DNA of 64,000 nucleotides from Enoplolaimus lenunculus (Eukaryota): NCBI GenBank assembly GCA_030248215.1, contig JASANG010003752.1, positions 186,001 to 250,000 of the forward strand, read 5' to 3'. Shown piece by piece: positions 1 to 12,796 of this stretch (position 1 is its first letter; each line of letters starts with the position of its first letter). The notes under the pieces were generated by a model. It saw only the letters and a program-made list of their open reading frames with translations, ran no database searches and was not told where the DNA came from. The position numbers and the translations under genes were made by a program.

Positions 1-342
1 TAGTCCCAGCTGGCTACCGAAAACGACGTATGACTGAGTTTGGGTTACCGAGTGGCAATTTTCAAAATTGCCTTACGTAAACCGTACCGTAACAATGAAT
101 ACACGTAACCTTACCTCAACACGTGTTACATGTATTATACATACAGGAGAAACACGTGTCGCAGTATTTTCAACAGAATGAAGACGTGTTTGAATTTGGG
201 CTGCATAGCTGCCAACTGCCCCGCAGTTTCTCGCTTTCCGTTATTTTCATTTGTTTGTCGTATTGTATTTTCGAATGATGTGCTATTTCGTGAAGTTGTC
301 GTCGGTCAGTTAACGCAATGAATTGGATTTTTAAACTTTTAG

Positions 343-850
343 GTTCTTATGAGATCACATTTGTGTTCGGAAGCAGTGGTTTTGGACGAATTATTTGTCA
401 GCAATGCGTTTGCGTTTTGTGCCAAAACTCTTGATTTTCTCATGAGACAGTTGTGTCCTGATGGGTGCGTGAAATTTTGTTAAATACAAAATATATGAAT
501 TTATGATATTTGAAATAAAAGATTTGTTTCGTTAAAATAATATTGGACGTCAGCTTTAGAGACAACAGGTAATATAAATTGCAGAATTTGTTTTAATGTT
601 GCCAGTTTGTTTGCCAGTAGAATATCACTTGTAATCTGTCCTGTTTCAAAAGATTTTCACTTCGAAGCAGTCCCTGCCGCCTTGGTGATTATAGATAGGT
701 CAAAAATTAAACGCTGTATTAGGCTTTGTCCTGAGCACGCAAATGTTCTGTGAATTATTGATTAAAATTGAATTTTTCAAAACGTTTTGGTTACGGTATA
801 CGTAGGTCTCGTGTTTTCACGTGTATTTTTGTTTTATTAGTATTATTGTA

Positions 851-907
<57 letters not shown>

Positions 908-3900
908 TTAGTGCCATTTTGCCAGTGAAATCAGTGTCACAAGTATTTGGCGCATACCCGGAATTCTACTTAGAAGACATATTGGAAGTGTTGTTGTTTT
1001 TGTTTCAGTACGTTTCTTTCGATGTTTTCATTCATTTTGGTTTGTTTTGTTTTCTGTTTTATAGCAACAAATACTTGATTGCGAAGATGCAGTTTGGATG
1101 GATACCGTTTTTGAATGCTGTTGTGGACATGCGGAACCGGATATCTGGGTCGAACCGTTGCATACATTAATGTGTAATGAATTTATTTGCAGACATATGC
1201 CCAGCGCTGTGGTTGACAATTGCACATACAATATGGCGCAATCGTTAGTTTTGCTTGCATGCAGCCCTCATATATTCAACAATCCGTCATTGCCTGCGCG
1301 TTTGATTGAAATATTATTTATGACCTGCCATCCTGCAGCAATAAATCTACAGCGATTAATTTTAACAATGAATCTTGCCACAGATCATTTATTTGAAAGT
1401 TTGGTCAAATTTTATTCAGGTCCGTTAATGTTCGTATCGATTTTTAATACATTGTAGTCTTCTGCCTGTTAACTGTTCAATCTCAGTGTTGGCAAGAGCG
1501 GATGATCACTCTAACAAGAGTGTGCAACTACCGATTCCCATTGCACAATCAAGCGGATTTTTCACATTTTAAATTTAGGCCAACTTGTTGTGATATGTTG
1601 TTTAAAAATTCTGCATCATTTATGTATTAAATTGTTTTCAATGACTTAACTATCAATAATTGATTGTAGTTTAGTTTTACAGAGCCAAATAATGAGTGCC
1701 AATTTGTTCATGCGACTTTTGATAATTGTTGAGAGCCAACAGGACTTTTGATAATTGTTGAGAGCCAACAGGCGACTCACATAATCAATATTAACTTGTT
1801 TATCCAAATATCCATAGTTACAAAATTTGTTGTTCCGATTCCGTTATATCCCAGTTCCGCTTTGCACCCTGAAGGGGATCATGTTGGACGCCGCATACAT
1901 AAAGTGCCATGGTTCGTACCGGTTGCACCCCCTCTCGGTAAATGAAGGGGTATTGGCCAAAAACACAACGCGTACCGGGTACATTCTTTTCTACACATAA
2001 TGCGCCCAGTTGAACACTCTTAGTGATTATTCGCTTTTGGTGTTGCCAACCATCTCGAATGCTGTGTGAAATTTTTATATTTGTTTGGTTTAAACCATAT
2101 TGAATACTACTGACTTGTGATAAAGTGCTACAACCGTGTGTGAGAATACGAGCTGTGAAATTATATCAACGACAGTATTCTACATTGGCTATTGCATCAG
2201 CATTTGTCAGGTAACGACAGAGATTAAAACAACAGCTACAAGTAATATTTTAATACTATGGAACGTCTCTGCTCTGTATAGAAAATTGTTACATGTATTT
2301 AAAAATGTGTGTCTTGTTAACTTTCAAATTGATAATTTTGATTTTTTCCGTTTTAAAAAATGAAAAATATAAAATGAATGGTGATGTGTTGATTTTTTCA
2401 GATTGCGAGCATACCGGCTCTGATAATGAATTCAACGAAAAGTTCAGCATCCGTTACCATATTCAAACAATATTCAAAATTATGTGGAGTATGCCAGTGC
2501 ATAGAATGGCGATGATTCAAAATTTTCAGTGAGTTATATACTAATTAATAACCCCTTTCTTTCTGGATATCTATCTATCAATCTGCTTCAAAATAAACGG
2601 AGGTCAAAAAGTTTTTCATAGTGTTTTAACTTTTCTCCTTTGTTTGAGACCAGCCGGGTTTCATCGTTTGGCTGAAGCCGATGCGTAACGCCAGAGATGG
2701 AGAAAAATAGTATTTTTTATCTTAAAATTTACATTTTTACGGTTAATTGTTTCCATAGGTACGTGTACACTACACTAACCTACAATCATGTGCGACGCTA
2801 AACTTGGCGCAAATAATACTTTACAAACTTGGTAATTGTAAACCGTTTTTGTGCTTGCAGGGGGAAGGTGGAAAGTTGTAGAATGGTGTACAGATTAATA
2901 AAGTGAACTTTTTTCTTCAGGGAATGTGGGACTGAATTTATTCGTTTTATCAACATGTTGATTAATGACACAACGTTTTTGTTGGATGAAGCCATGGATA
3001 CACTGAAACAGATCCGAGAAGCGCAAGATTTGATGGCGAATCAAGTCGAATGGCACAAACTTTCTAGGGTTAGTTGTATTCTGCTTTATCGATTTTCTTG
3101 CAAGAACGTTGTGAAATATGAGAACGTTAAAGTTAGCAGATTAAATAACTTAGTGGAGTAATTTTTATAAATAAATGTGTATTTTGAAATAATATTTTGG
3201 AATTTCTGACTTGCATAATCTTCGAGGCGCAAAGCATACGCACTTTTTTCACAATTTGTGTCGTGATTACTGCCTGTGAGCATTCATTGAGATAAGCCTA
3301 CACTGTATCAGCTACGGCACTGAATGAAAGATCTGATGGGCTTATTGAATCGGAAAGCTTACAGTAGACTTGAATTTGCGCTGAAAGTCAGTTACATGCC
3401 GTTGTTTTTGAAATACCGGTATGAGCAATAGATTTCAGGAAGATCAACGTGACCGACAGCAAACACTGGCACAACACGAATCGCAAGTGCGTTCGCTGAT
3501 GCAGCTCGCAAAAGAAACACTTCACATGTTTGTGTATATGACTGAACAAGTCAAAGATCCGTTTTTGTCTCCGGTTAGTTGCTGTATTACAGTGACAGAT
3601 TAAATAAATATTGCTGAAATTTTTTGATGTTTTAAATTTTAGGTGAACTATTCTGGAAAATGACACATTTATGAAACTATGAGAAATTGCTCTCTACCGA
3701 AAAGTTTGTGATTAATCTAATGGGAAAGCAGCTAGAACAAAGACTTTCGATGTTCTACACTACAGTACAGTGTAATAGCCTGCAGCTTTTAACGACAATA
3801 ATCGTTTTCAGATCGATTGATACTTCACAGATTCAGAGTTATTTAGAAATAACAATGTTGAAACTTTGTATACGGACTCTTGCATTCATTTTATAGACAG

Positions 3901-6386
3901 CCAATTAAAACTAGAACGCCGATCATACGTAATTTGGGCACAGTTCCAATTGATTTTGACATTTACATTTCGTAAATAAGCAAATGTTTAGAAACGAGTG
4001 TTTTCTATGAAACAATCAGTGTTGCAAATATGGTAACATCTTTGACTTGTATGCACTATGGCTGTCTATATGTGTGTCCATTATGGCTTTAGCAACTGGG
4101 TGACCGTCTTGCCGCAATGTTGAACTTTAATCTTGTTCAAATGTGCGGTCCCAAATGTCAGAATCTTCGCGTCAAAAATGCAGCAAAGTATCATTTTGAA
4201 CCAAAGAAACTACTCGATCAACTTACGGATATTTATCTCCATTTGGATTCGGATCGATTTGCAGAATGTGTTGCCGCTGATGAGGTTAGTTGGAGCCGAA
4301 GGGCGGTAACAAAAGTGTGAAACAAGGATTGTAACCCCCTATCTGTAAGGATCTGAGAAAAAATTTTCAACTGTCAAATATATATTTTCGATACTGAGTT
4401 CCAGACTACATATGCGGGAATTGCGATCTCTGTCAAAAACCGAACCCCGAGACGAGCTTTAAAAATTATATTTTAATATAATAACAATGATTGCTAAAAC
4501 AGCGAAAAATTCATATCTAAAAGTATTATCAAATACAATAGACATTCTTTTATTCTGAACGTTGAGCGAAAAATGTTAACTTGGTTTTCCTTTGGCATCC
4601 GCTTGAAACCTATTTAATTTTGGGACGAAATATTCACGACCCATTAAACAGAATAGCTTTTAATTTCATCGTCCAACATGCACAATTGGCAATATGGAGT
4701 GCTCGATGTAAACTCGAGTTTAACAATGAAAATGTCTGTGTTGTTGATGTTTTTCAGGAAAATGTTTATAGAAATTTGTACAAACTTAAGCTGTATCTAA
4801 AAGAAGAATGTTTTTTTAAGGTTTTTGGAACAATAACCCGACAGAATGATAGCATGCTGGGTTTTCGAATGTCTTTTTCTCAGCGTACCTGATTTGTAGT
4901 TTGTTTTGAAACTAGGTTTCTTGTGTGCTTTTTAACATATTTGCTCTGAATAATATCCTTGCAAGCAGAGTAGAATAATGGGTAATTTTCAAGGACCTTT
5001 GTTATGTTATGATAATATGTTGTTGCCTTCTTTGGTTTATATAATTGCTTTCGTTGATGTAAATGTGGTTTATCCTTTTAATAAAACCCGGGGTGTTCGG
5101 CAAACGAGCGCTTCGGACTTAAACTTAAACTTAAACTGAAACCTAGTGAGACTCCGAAAAAGAGACCGAGACTGATACCAGCCAAATGCCGAGACCAAGG
5201 AAGAACATTCATGATGTCGTTACTTAAGCTACAATTATTACAGCGTTCGTTCACTCCTGAACTGTTCAAAGACGTAATCGCGAGATTGCAACGACACAAT
5301 ATCAAATCAACAATTGACATTGAAAAGTTTTCGGATGTCGCCGAACGGGCAATAACTGTTTGGAAGGCAAAAGCGACCACCGAAGAAAATTTGGGCGACG
5401 TCCCGGAGGAATTTTGTGGTAAAAATCATGACATATTGTTTGCAGTACACGTGCAATGTACGACCAGAGAGGCCAATGGAAGTAGCTATTGAGATTAAAC
5501 TATAATCTGGCATTTATGTGTTTTATGTAGCGAACACAGTACAATACATGGTGATTTTTAAAAATTAATAGCCAAACGTGTCGTGTGAAATGAAGGATGT
5601 TGGGGAATTTAGACGCCTTATCTGTGAACTAAAAACTGTTTTATGACTGCTGTAAATGGATTTAATACTATAATTACGCCTGGATTGTCACTAGTGAATA
5701 ATCTTTGAAAAATCTGCTTTTGTCGGATCCTGGTTTTGAACACGGCTTCCAGTTATTCTGGTTACGCATCTAGTAACAATAAACATATTACAATATTTAA
5801 TTAATCAATCATTACAGATCCGATAATGGGTACACTGATGAAAGACCCTGTCAAACTGCCCTCTGGGCACATTGTCGACCGTAACATCATTTTACGCCAT
5901 CTCTTGAGTGACCAGAGCAATCCTTTCAATCGTGAGCCATTGTCAGAAGAGATGCTGGTATCAGGTAACTAAACTAGTTATTAATTTGTTTCACGCTTGC
6001 GGTCTTTATGTTAGTGAAGCAGCCAACATCTTTAGAAGGGGAGATAATTGATATTATCCGTCCTGAAATTTCTACGCAGATGAAAATAGGTGCATTTTAT
6101 TCGCTTCATAATATTCTGCTGATTTTTGAAGTCCAAACGAAACTGAAATTTAGGTTCATCAATCACCATTAATTCTTACATCTGCAAGCTAGTGAACGAG
6201 ATTTCTTAATGGTCTGAATTTTTTCCTTTCAGTTTTCAGTGTCACACCATTTTAATAAATCAGCGTTTTCAAATTGAAATTTCGAAAATTACAGATCGGA
6301 TAATTTTTATCATATTTTTCTGTGTTTCAGATGTTGATCTAAAAACGAAAATTCAAAAGTGGTTGCGATCGAAGTCGTCAAAATAA
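343..6386 (+). CDS. UBE4B: Ubiquitin conjugation factor E4 B / UFD-2 (U-box ligase), 3' portion; 5' exons lie before the window
   Basis: Frame-consistent GT-AG exons 343-464, 912-1007, 1193-1419, 2402-2528, 2921-3068, 3439-3573, 4093-4284, 5244-5418, 5818-5964, 6331-6386 (TAA). Ufd2-core motifs [12 protein letters not shown]...[40 protein letters not shown] and a C-terminal U-box [39 protein letters not shown]. Confidence 0.93.
850..907. repeat. (ATT)n microsatellite directly upstream of a UBE4B splice acceptor
   Basis: Near-pure ATT run ending just before the AG at 910-911. Confidence 0.95.
1482..2052. mobile_element. Degenerate TIR element (MITE) in UBE4B intron
   Basis: Imperfect inverted ends GTTGGCAA.AGCGGATGATCACT..AAGAGTGTGCAACT and AGTTGAACACTCTTAGTGATTATTCGCT..TTGCCAAC; no coding capacity; TSD not resolved. 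Confidence 0.5.
4370..5086 (+). mobile_element. 5'-truncated non-LTR retrotransposon 3' fragment (Tx1/L1-like ORF2 C-terminus)
   Basis: [14 protein letters not shown] (about 4410-4456) resembles the RT-associated zinc-finger start; ORF 4581-4892 (LILG...[16 protein letters not shown]...FFKVF) resembles Tx1/L1 ORF2 tails; followed by a T-rich UTR ending in AATAAA near 5080. Recognised from motif memory only. Confidence 0.5.
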
Positions 6387-6957
6387 AATAAGATCTTTTT
6401 TGGAAATTTAATTAGTGTTATGTTTTGTGCATTGCGTTATCAACATTTGAAGCTTTCATGATTGAGCACCTTGATTAAGGGTCGCACCGTTTTAGTTCAC
6501 TTCATTTGAATTAGAAACTGAAATGTGTTGAGGTTTGGCGACAATTGAACGTTGAAAATGCGTTGATCTTATAATCACTTTCGCATGAGTATTTTCAATT
6601 TTGTCAAAAAGTACTAATTTCAAGCTAGGATGCTAACCCTGAATTCTGTAGGGGAAGTGTTTTCTAACGCCACTCAGCTATAGGTGCTTGAGCTATTATA
6701 TATTTCTAGATGTAGCCAGATTATTAGAACACATACTGCCTCTAAAATTTAGAATGCTTCCAAGTAGAAGATGGACAGACTGCAAATGTTCGCAGTTTAT
6801 ATCTTAGAAGTCGCAAGCATTTATTGTTTTAGCTACTGTGTAATAAAATAAGTGTGTGGAGTATTTTGATTTGGGAGCTAAAATTGGAAAATCTGTCATG
6901 CTGGATTATTGGTCAAATGGTGCCGATAGCGATGCCGATTCCAACTCTAGTATACCA

Positions 6958-7351
6958 CAGGGTGCAACCGGAAGTACAATTTACCGGAACCGGAATCTAA
7001 AAAATTACCGGAACGGGAAAAATGAAAAATACATGCCACCGAAATATTAATATTTTAATTTTTTTGCAATATTGTTGAAATAGCCCTAGTTTAAGATAGT
7101 TATTCATTTTATCTGCTGTATTTTTGATTTTCATAATCCACTGAAGCTACCTTTGATGGTTTATTTTCGGCCATTGTCAAGGTTTATATACTATTCGTTA
7201 CGAATGAAGTCTAATTTCTATCGTCACTTTCGTAAAATATATTAATTTCCATATTACCCAATTTTAATACCGGAATTGTTAATTTCGGTACAAAATTTAC
7301 CGTAAGTGGAAGGTAAAAAAATGCCAGAACCGCAATTCCGGTTGCACCCTG
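6958..7351. mobile_element. hAT-like MITE (CAGGGTGCAACCGG ends)
   Basis: TIR CAGGGTGCAACCGGAA / TTCCGGTTGCACCCTG; flanks GTATACCA / GTATACAT (degenerate 8-bp TSD). Confidence 0.8.
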
Positions 7352-8063
7352 GTATACATGTAATAAATTAAAGATAGGATACTACATTTCATTATGTGAG
7401 ACTTAAACCCTATTTTATAAGAACGGTTCATTTCAATAAATTTTTTCAGACACAAACGCAAAATGATAACAGTTTTTGAACCAGACACACAGATATGCAA
7501 CCAGAAATGAAATTGATAACATTTCAACGGATTGTTTTGTACATTTGCATAGTTTTACGCAATTTACTTGTATGATGCGTTTCATTTTAACTTTTGCACA
7601 TTTTTTAAGAAAATTGCCAAATTCATAAAATATAAGCGTAAAACCAAACGATCTAACGATACTTTACAGATACTCGTCAAATTTAACAACTTAAATTTCA
7701 TTTGACCTAATTTCGCCTCACCTCCGGCTCCGGCAAGTTTTTTTGACCGTCGGCTTCCGTATTTTTACTTCCGATTGCACCCTGTTTAAACATGGATGAA
7801 ATCTGTAGTGGCGCTAAAGCAAGAATCGCAGAAACGAAATTTCGACAAAGTTTTGCGAGGGAGAGTAGCCAGCATTCTACGGTTCTTCAGTCAGCAAAAG
7901 TGTCTTGAGTATCCGCAAATTTTGTCATGAATATCTCTGTACTGTTTGCATGTATCTGGTACAATTATAAGTTATATATTGCGGAAAAAATGTACTGCTA
8001 TTAGAAAATTGCTGATTCTGTCCAACAAGTTTTCAAACAAATAGCTTGTGCAGTGTTTGTTAT

Positions 8064-10720
8064 TTATTTTTCAAAGCTGCTATCCAGATTTTCGATATCT
8101 GCAATCATTTCTTCGCTTGAAATTGGATTTTCCGCTGAATCTTGGCTTAGTTCTTCTGGGACCCTTGCTTGAAACCCGCTGTCCACATGTTTTGCCGACT
8201 CTATTTCACCGAACGCCTTCCAGTCTTCCCCGTCGCCTGCCAAGTTGTCAATTTCGTGCTCTAAAAATTATCTGAATTTAGCTTTTGGTTGAACAAATTT
8301 GAAATTGTATATTTTGATGGCAATACTGTAGTGACCCAAATAAGACGGTGTGGGGTAATAAGAGGAGGGTCCTCGTTTGAGTCCCAATCAATAGGAGACC
8401 GTATCCCTAATAAGAGTCTGTAAGCGGATGGAGTCCGTAAACCATAATTAGAGTCCATAAAGGTTAATTATTCCATATTGTAGTGCATAAATGACTTCAG
8501 GACCAAATAAAGTTGAGTTCGAATCTTTAAGGCGCCACATAAACTTTGAAAGTACATTCCTGAGTATAAGCTTGTATTATCGCTCAAGCTATTGACGCAA
8601 GACAAATAAACGTTGAATTCAACGGACAGTTGCAGTACCAGATATATATCAGTAACGAAGGGTGGCGGAGCGTGGGTTAAAAATAAATAACAGTCTGTAA
8701 CCGAATAACAGAGGGGTAACCTCTGGAGAGGCCAAATAAATATCAGTCTCCCCTCTTATTCGGGTCGCTACAGTACGGCTGGTCCACGCAACTACTCCAG
8801 TTCCAAAATCCGCAACCTATAGTGAATGCAATGAAACAGTGGCTTCGAACCCGGAGGCACGGAGGCCGGTTCTGTAAAGAATGTTTGAGCGAAAATTTTG
8901 CTTCTCGCTCGCTCACTCGTACCCGTTGCTCGGAGAGGGGGGCAGGGGGACTCAGTCCCGCTGGAACAATTTTGTCTCCCTAAAATATAAACCCTGCTTG
9001 AAAGTCATGGACAAACTTTTGTATGCACCTCCTAAAAATGTTTAAGCCCCACTGAGTAAAAGGTGGGTTGGCTACGGGTCGGCACTCGGGTTTCGCGAAA
9101 GGTTTGTTCAAATGCATTGTGCGCCTCTCCCTGTTTGAAGTCAGCTGCAGTATCCGTATCACTGTTATGTGTTTCCGTTTTGATATCCGCCGCTTGAATA
9201 TCGTTAAGCTCTCTGAAAATGCTCTGAAACGGTAAGTTTAAGGGTGGGAATTATTGTTTGGCTTCGAATTACGCTGGCGCTTAGTTTAAGCTTATCGTTA
9301 CTGTAGTGACCCGAATAGGGGGACTGATATTTTCTGGCCTCTCCCGAGGGTGCACCCTTTGTTGTTCGGTTGCGGACTGTTGTTTATTGTCAACCCGACT
9401 TCCGCCACCCCTCGTTACTGTTGTATATCCGGTACACGGAATTGTCTTGTATTCAAGAAATGTCTCAAATTTAAGACATTTATGTCTTGAACATTTAAGA
9501 AAATAGGAGTCTTTGAATTTTAAGTCAATTTATTTTGTGTGTATTGCAACTATCCGTTGAATTAAACTTTTTTTGCTTTGTATCATAAGCTTGAGCGATA
9601 ATGCAAGGTTATACTTTTTAACGTTATACTTTCAAAACTTAAGTACGCTTTAAAGTTTCGGATACAACTTTATTTGGTCTTAGAGTCATTTTTGCGCTAC
9701 AATTAGGGATAATTGACATTTATGGACTCTAATTAGAGCTTAGGGACTCTATCCGCTTGCTTAATTCTAAGAGATAGACAGAAAAAATTTCTCCCTTTTA
9801 TTCAGGGCACTACAGTACGTTGAGGTTTCGGCAAAGACTTAGGAACATACTTGTTTGCACCCCACAAAGTGGAAATACACTGGCCGCTATTTCACCGATA
9901 GACTATTAATGATTGCTATATTAAATTTTGAACTCAAGGTTACATAAGCGTGTTTACCGCAGCCACTTCAGCGGATGCCCACGCTGCTTAGCCTTGATGA
10001 TTGCTATGTTCACCCGTGGGGGTCAACTAATTGCACTCATCGCACTGTGATTTGTATATTCAAGAATAATCGTCCATTTTTAGTTGTGCTTTAAGTTAGG
10101 GAAATTTGCTTATATATACGATAGAGAATGTGGGTGGTGGGTGGAAAAAATACTGTGGTTTGGATTCTGTTTCTAACCCCTGTACCACGGATTTTACATC
10201 AGAGCCGAAGTTCGGTTACTTGCTATAGTGGCCTGGGCAGTCCTTAAATGCGCTCCTATGGGACTGTAAATATGGCATACAGCCGTCTTAAAACGTTGCT
10301 CAAAAAGTTGTACTTCCTTTGACATTCATGGAAATAAATCACATTTGCATTGCATGGTTTGTGGTCAATATTTAAGAGCTTCAAATTTTACACAGGCTTC
10401 AAGCTTTAGACTAATTTTTTGCTTATATTCTTTGACTTATTCCATCGGTCATATAACATTACGAATATGCTTTACCTTGTTCGTAAACATCACTTTCATT
10501 TCGTTCTTTACGGACTACGAATTGAAAACTTACCAGCTCTGGATCCACAGACTTCCAAACATTCCTGTTCGGATTTGAACACATCGCCGTTTGCGTTGTT
10601 GATTCCAACATCAATACAGGATCCGGTAGGTAAACAGAAATAGTTTGCAGTTGCAATATGAGCAGCTTGCAGTAGCATCATTGCTACAATTATGCTTATC
10701 GCGTATTTGTTTTCGTTCAT
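8064..10720 (-). CDS. Orphan secreted protein, 127 aa: signal peptide, 4-Cys Kunitz-like mini-domain, acidic tail
   Basis: Exon 1 10720-10534 (ATG; hydrophobic AISIIVAMMLLQAAHIATA; YFCLPTGSC...NGDVFKSEQECLEVCG; phase-1 donor G|GTAAGT). Exon 2 8260-8064 (TTTTTAG acceptor, phase 1, open to TAA, AATAAA overlapping the stop). TATATAAG about 93 nt upstream of the ATG. Confidence 0.68.
8326..8773. mobile_element. TA-flanked MITE family D (CTGTAGTGACCCGAATA TIR; Tc1/mariner-like signature)
   Basis: TA|CTGTAGTGACCC ... GGGTCGCTACAG|TA; internal sequence shared with four other copies in the window. Confidence 0.85.
9301..9815. mobile_element. MITE family D copy, inverted relative to 8326-8773
   Basis: TA|CTGTAGTGACCCGAATAG ... 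GGGCACTACAG|TA; reverse-complement similarity to copy at 8326. Confidence 0.85.
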
Positions 10721-10812
10721 GATTCCTTCAGACTGTTATTCTTAAATATTTGCAATGTGCATGTATATATTTCCTAATAAACTGAGTTAGTCTCGTTTGT
10801 CCTTCAAGCTAC

Positions 10813-10820
10813 CTTATATA
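10813..10820 (-). promoter_or_regulatory. Candidate TATA box of the small secreted-protein gene
   Basis: TATATAAG on the minus strand about 93 nt upstream of ATG 10720. Confidence 0.4.
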
Positions 10821-10856
10821 TACCTTCAAGTTTTGTTCGGGCTGGTTGTATTCATA

Positions 10857-11301
10857 CTGTGGTGACTTGTATAAGGGGAATAATAGAGGGTCCCCATTTT
10901 GAGTCGCAATCAATACGAGTCCGTATCCCTAATAAGAGTCCGTAAAGCGAATAAAGTCCTTAAACCCTAATCAGAGTCCATAAATGTCAATTATCTATAA
11001 TTGAAGTGCATAAATGACTTCACGACCAAATAAAGTTGAGTTGGGAACTTTAAAGCGAACTTAAGTTTCGAAAGTATATTCCTAAGTGTAACCTTGCATT
11101 ATCGCTTAAGCTTTTGATACAAGAAAAGCAAACGTTTAATTCAACAGATGGTTGAAATACCGGATATATGCCAGTAACGAAAGGTGCGTAGGGCGGGCTA
11201 AAAATAAATAAAAAAACAGCCCGTAACCAAATAAGAAGGGGGTACCTTGTGGGGAGTCTAACTAAACATCAGTCTCTCCCCTCGGATTTGGGTTACTACA
11301 G
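10857..11301. mobile_element. MITE family D copy
   Basis: TA|CTGTGGTGAC ... GGTTACTACAG|TA; colinear with 8326-8773. Confidence 0.85.
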
Positions 11302-12796
11302 TAAACGAAATGTTGCCGTTTTATACAATATGTATTGAGCGAATTGACCTTGAAGCAAGCAAAAACATTAACCTAACCCCGATCCTAAGTGATTTGATTG
11401 GTTGTGTTCAGTAGTAATTTCATTAGTAGCAGGGTTTAAACGGATAGCAAAAATGTTAACCGAAACCGAAAACTGATATTAAAGTAGAAAAGTGGCAAAG
11501 AAGTTTAATTTTCCTGAAAATTATTACAACAAAGGAAATGCAAATGTTCACCGGGCTTTTTACAGAACAAAATAGCGGGTACAGAGAAATTTTTTGACAT
11601 TTTGGATGAATTTGACAAAGTTTCAAAATGAAAGTGATGTTTCTCTGCGAATATTTGCAGCTCTAAGTATTGCGTGCACGTTGCAGCTGCGAGTTCTCGC
11701 TGTTAAAAACTGACACGTGTGAATACGGCATTACAGTGTGGAAAACAATCATTGAACGAAAATATAGGACGGGAAAACGCAACATTTTTGGCTTGAATTT
11801 TCTCAAAATTGTGCTGGCTTTAATATTCGGCTGGCAACAGATGGTAAATTAGTAAAATTAATAGCAATTTTTATTGTTTCATAATTTGTTAACAATCAAA
11901 TTTGTCTTAAATTATATTATATTTACTGCAAAAAAAAGTATTATTTTGTCATTTTTGTCTAATTTTATCCCTTCAACAGGCTCATATATAGTACGAAGCC
12001 TGGTTTATGCGTCAATAAACTTGTCGCAGAACTGATTTATGAGATCCAGCCTAACAGGGATCAAAGTCAAATTTTTGTACTAAGATTTAATACTGAAATT
12101 GCATTTAGTTTTGTTCGCTTCGGTTGCAACCATTTTTGCACCAAATAATACATACAGCGCCCTCTCGGGTCAAGAATTTTTAGATGTGGTACTTGAAAAA
12201 TTCTCATATCTGCAATGTTGTTTATTTCATATAACTGTTTTCCAAAAATAGTGTAGAAGCAGCTAAGAGTAGCCTATGCACGCGCAAGAAATACGCAATT
12301 GCACGATGTGTAAAAATATGCAAAAACCTTTTTGTGCTCTATCGTCAAGCAAGCAAAACCGTGATTGTAAACGCCTTCCACCCAAGAGTTCAGAGTTGTA
12401 ATTTTAGCTTGAAATTATATCTCAGATGAAACAGGATGTTATCCGGAACTTCTCTTAGCGCCACTGGCTTACGACTACATAGATTGTGTGAACGATAATT
12501 ATTAAAGCTAAAAGCCTACTATGGTTTAGTAAGCATTTATTCAACCAGCAGCAATTTTTTTGCAATCTTTGCTTTTTGTGAAATCGCCATTCAATACACG
12601 CGACTGCACTTGTAATATTATGTTGACAGTAGCAATCTGCTAATTTATCTCTAACGGGGGTGTAACGTCATCGGCTATTGGCCGCACCCCCATCCGTATT
12701 ATTAGGCAAAGACACTGCATCATTGAACTATCGTTAACGTTTAGCCATTATTATCTTAAAGAACATTGATTGTGGTCGCTTTTCTATCCTATCCGC

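Noticed and set aside
9850..10120. Degenerate paralog of the secreted-peptide exon 1 (TATATAAG, ATG, SGQCIS motif on minus strand)
   Set aside because: Early stop codons and too little similarity to support.
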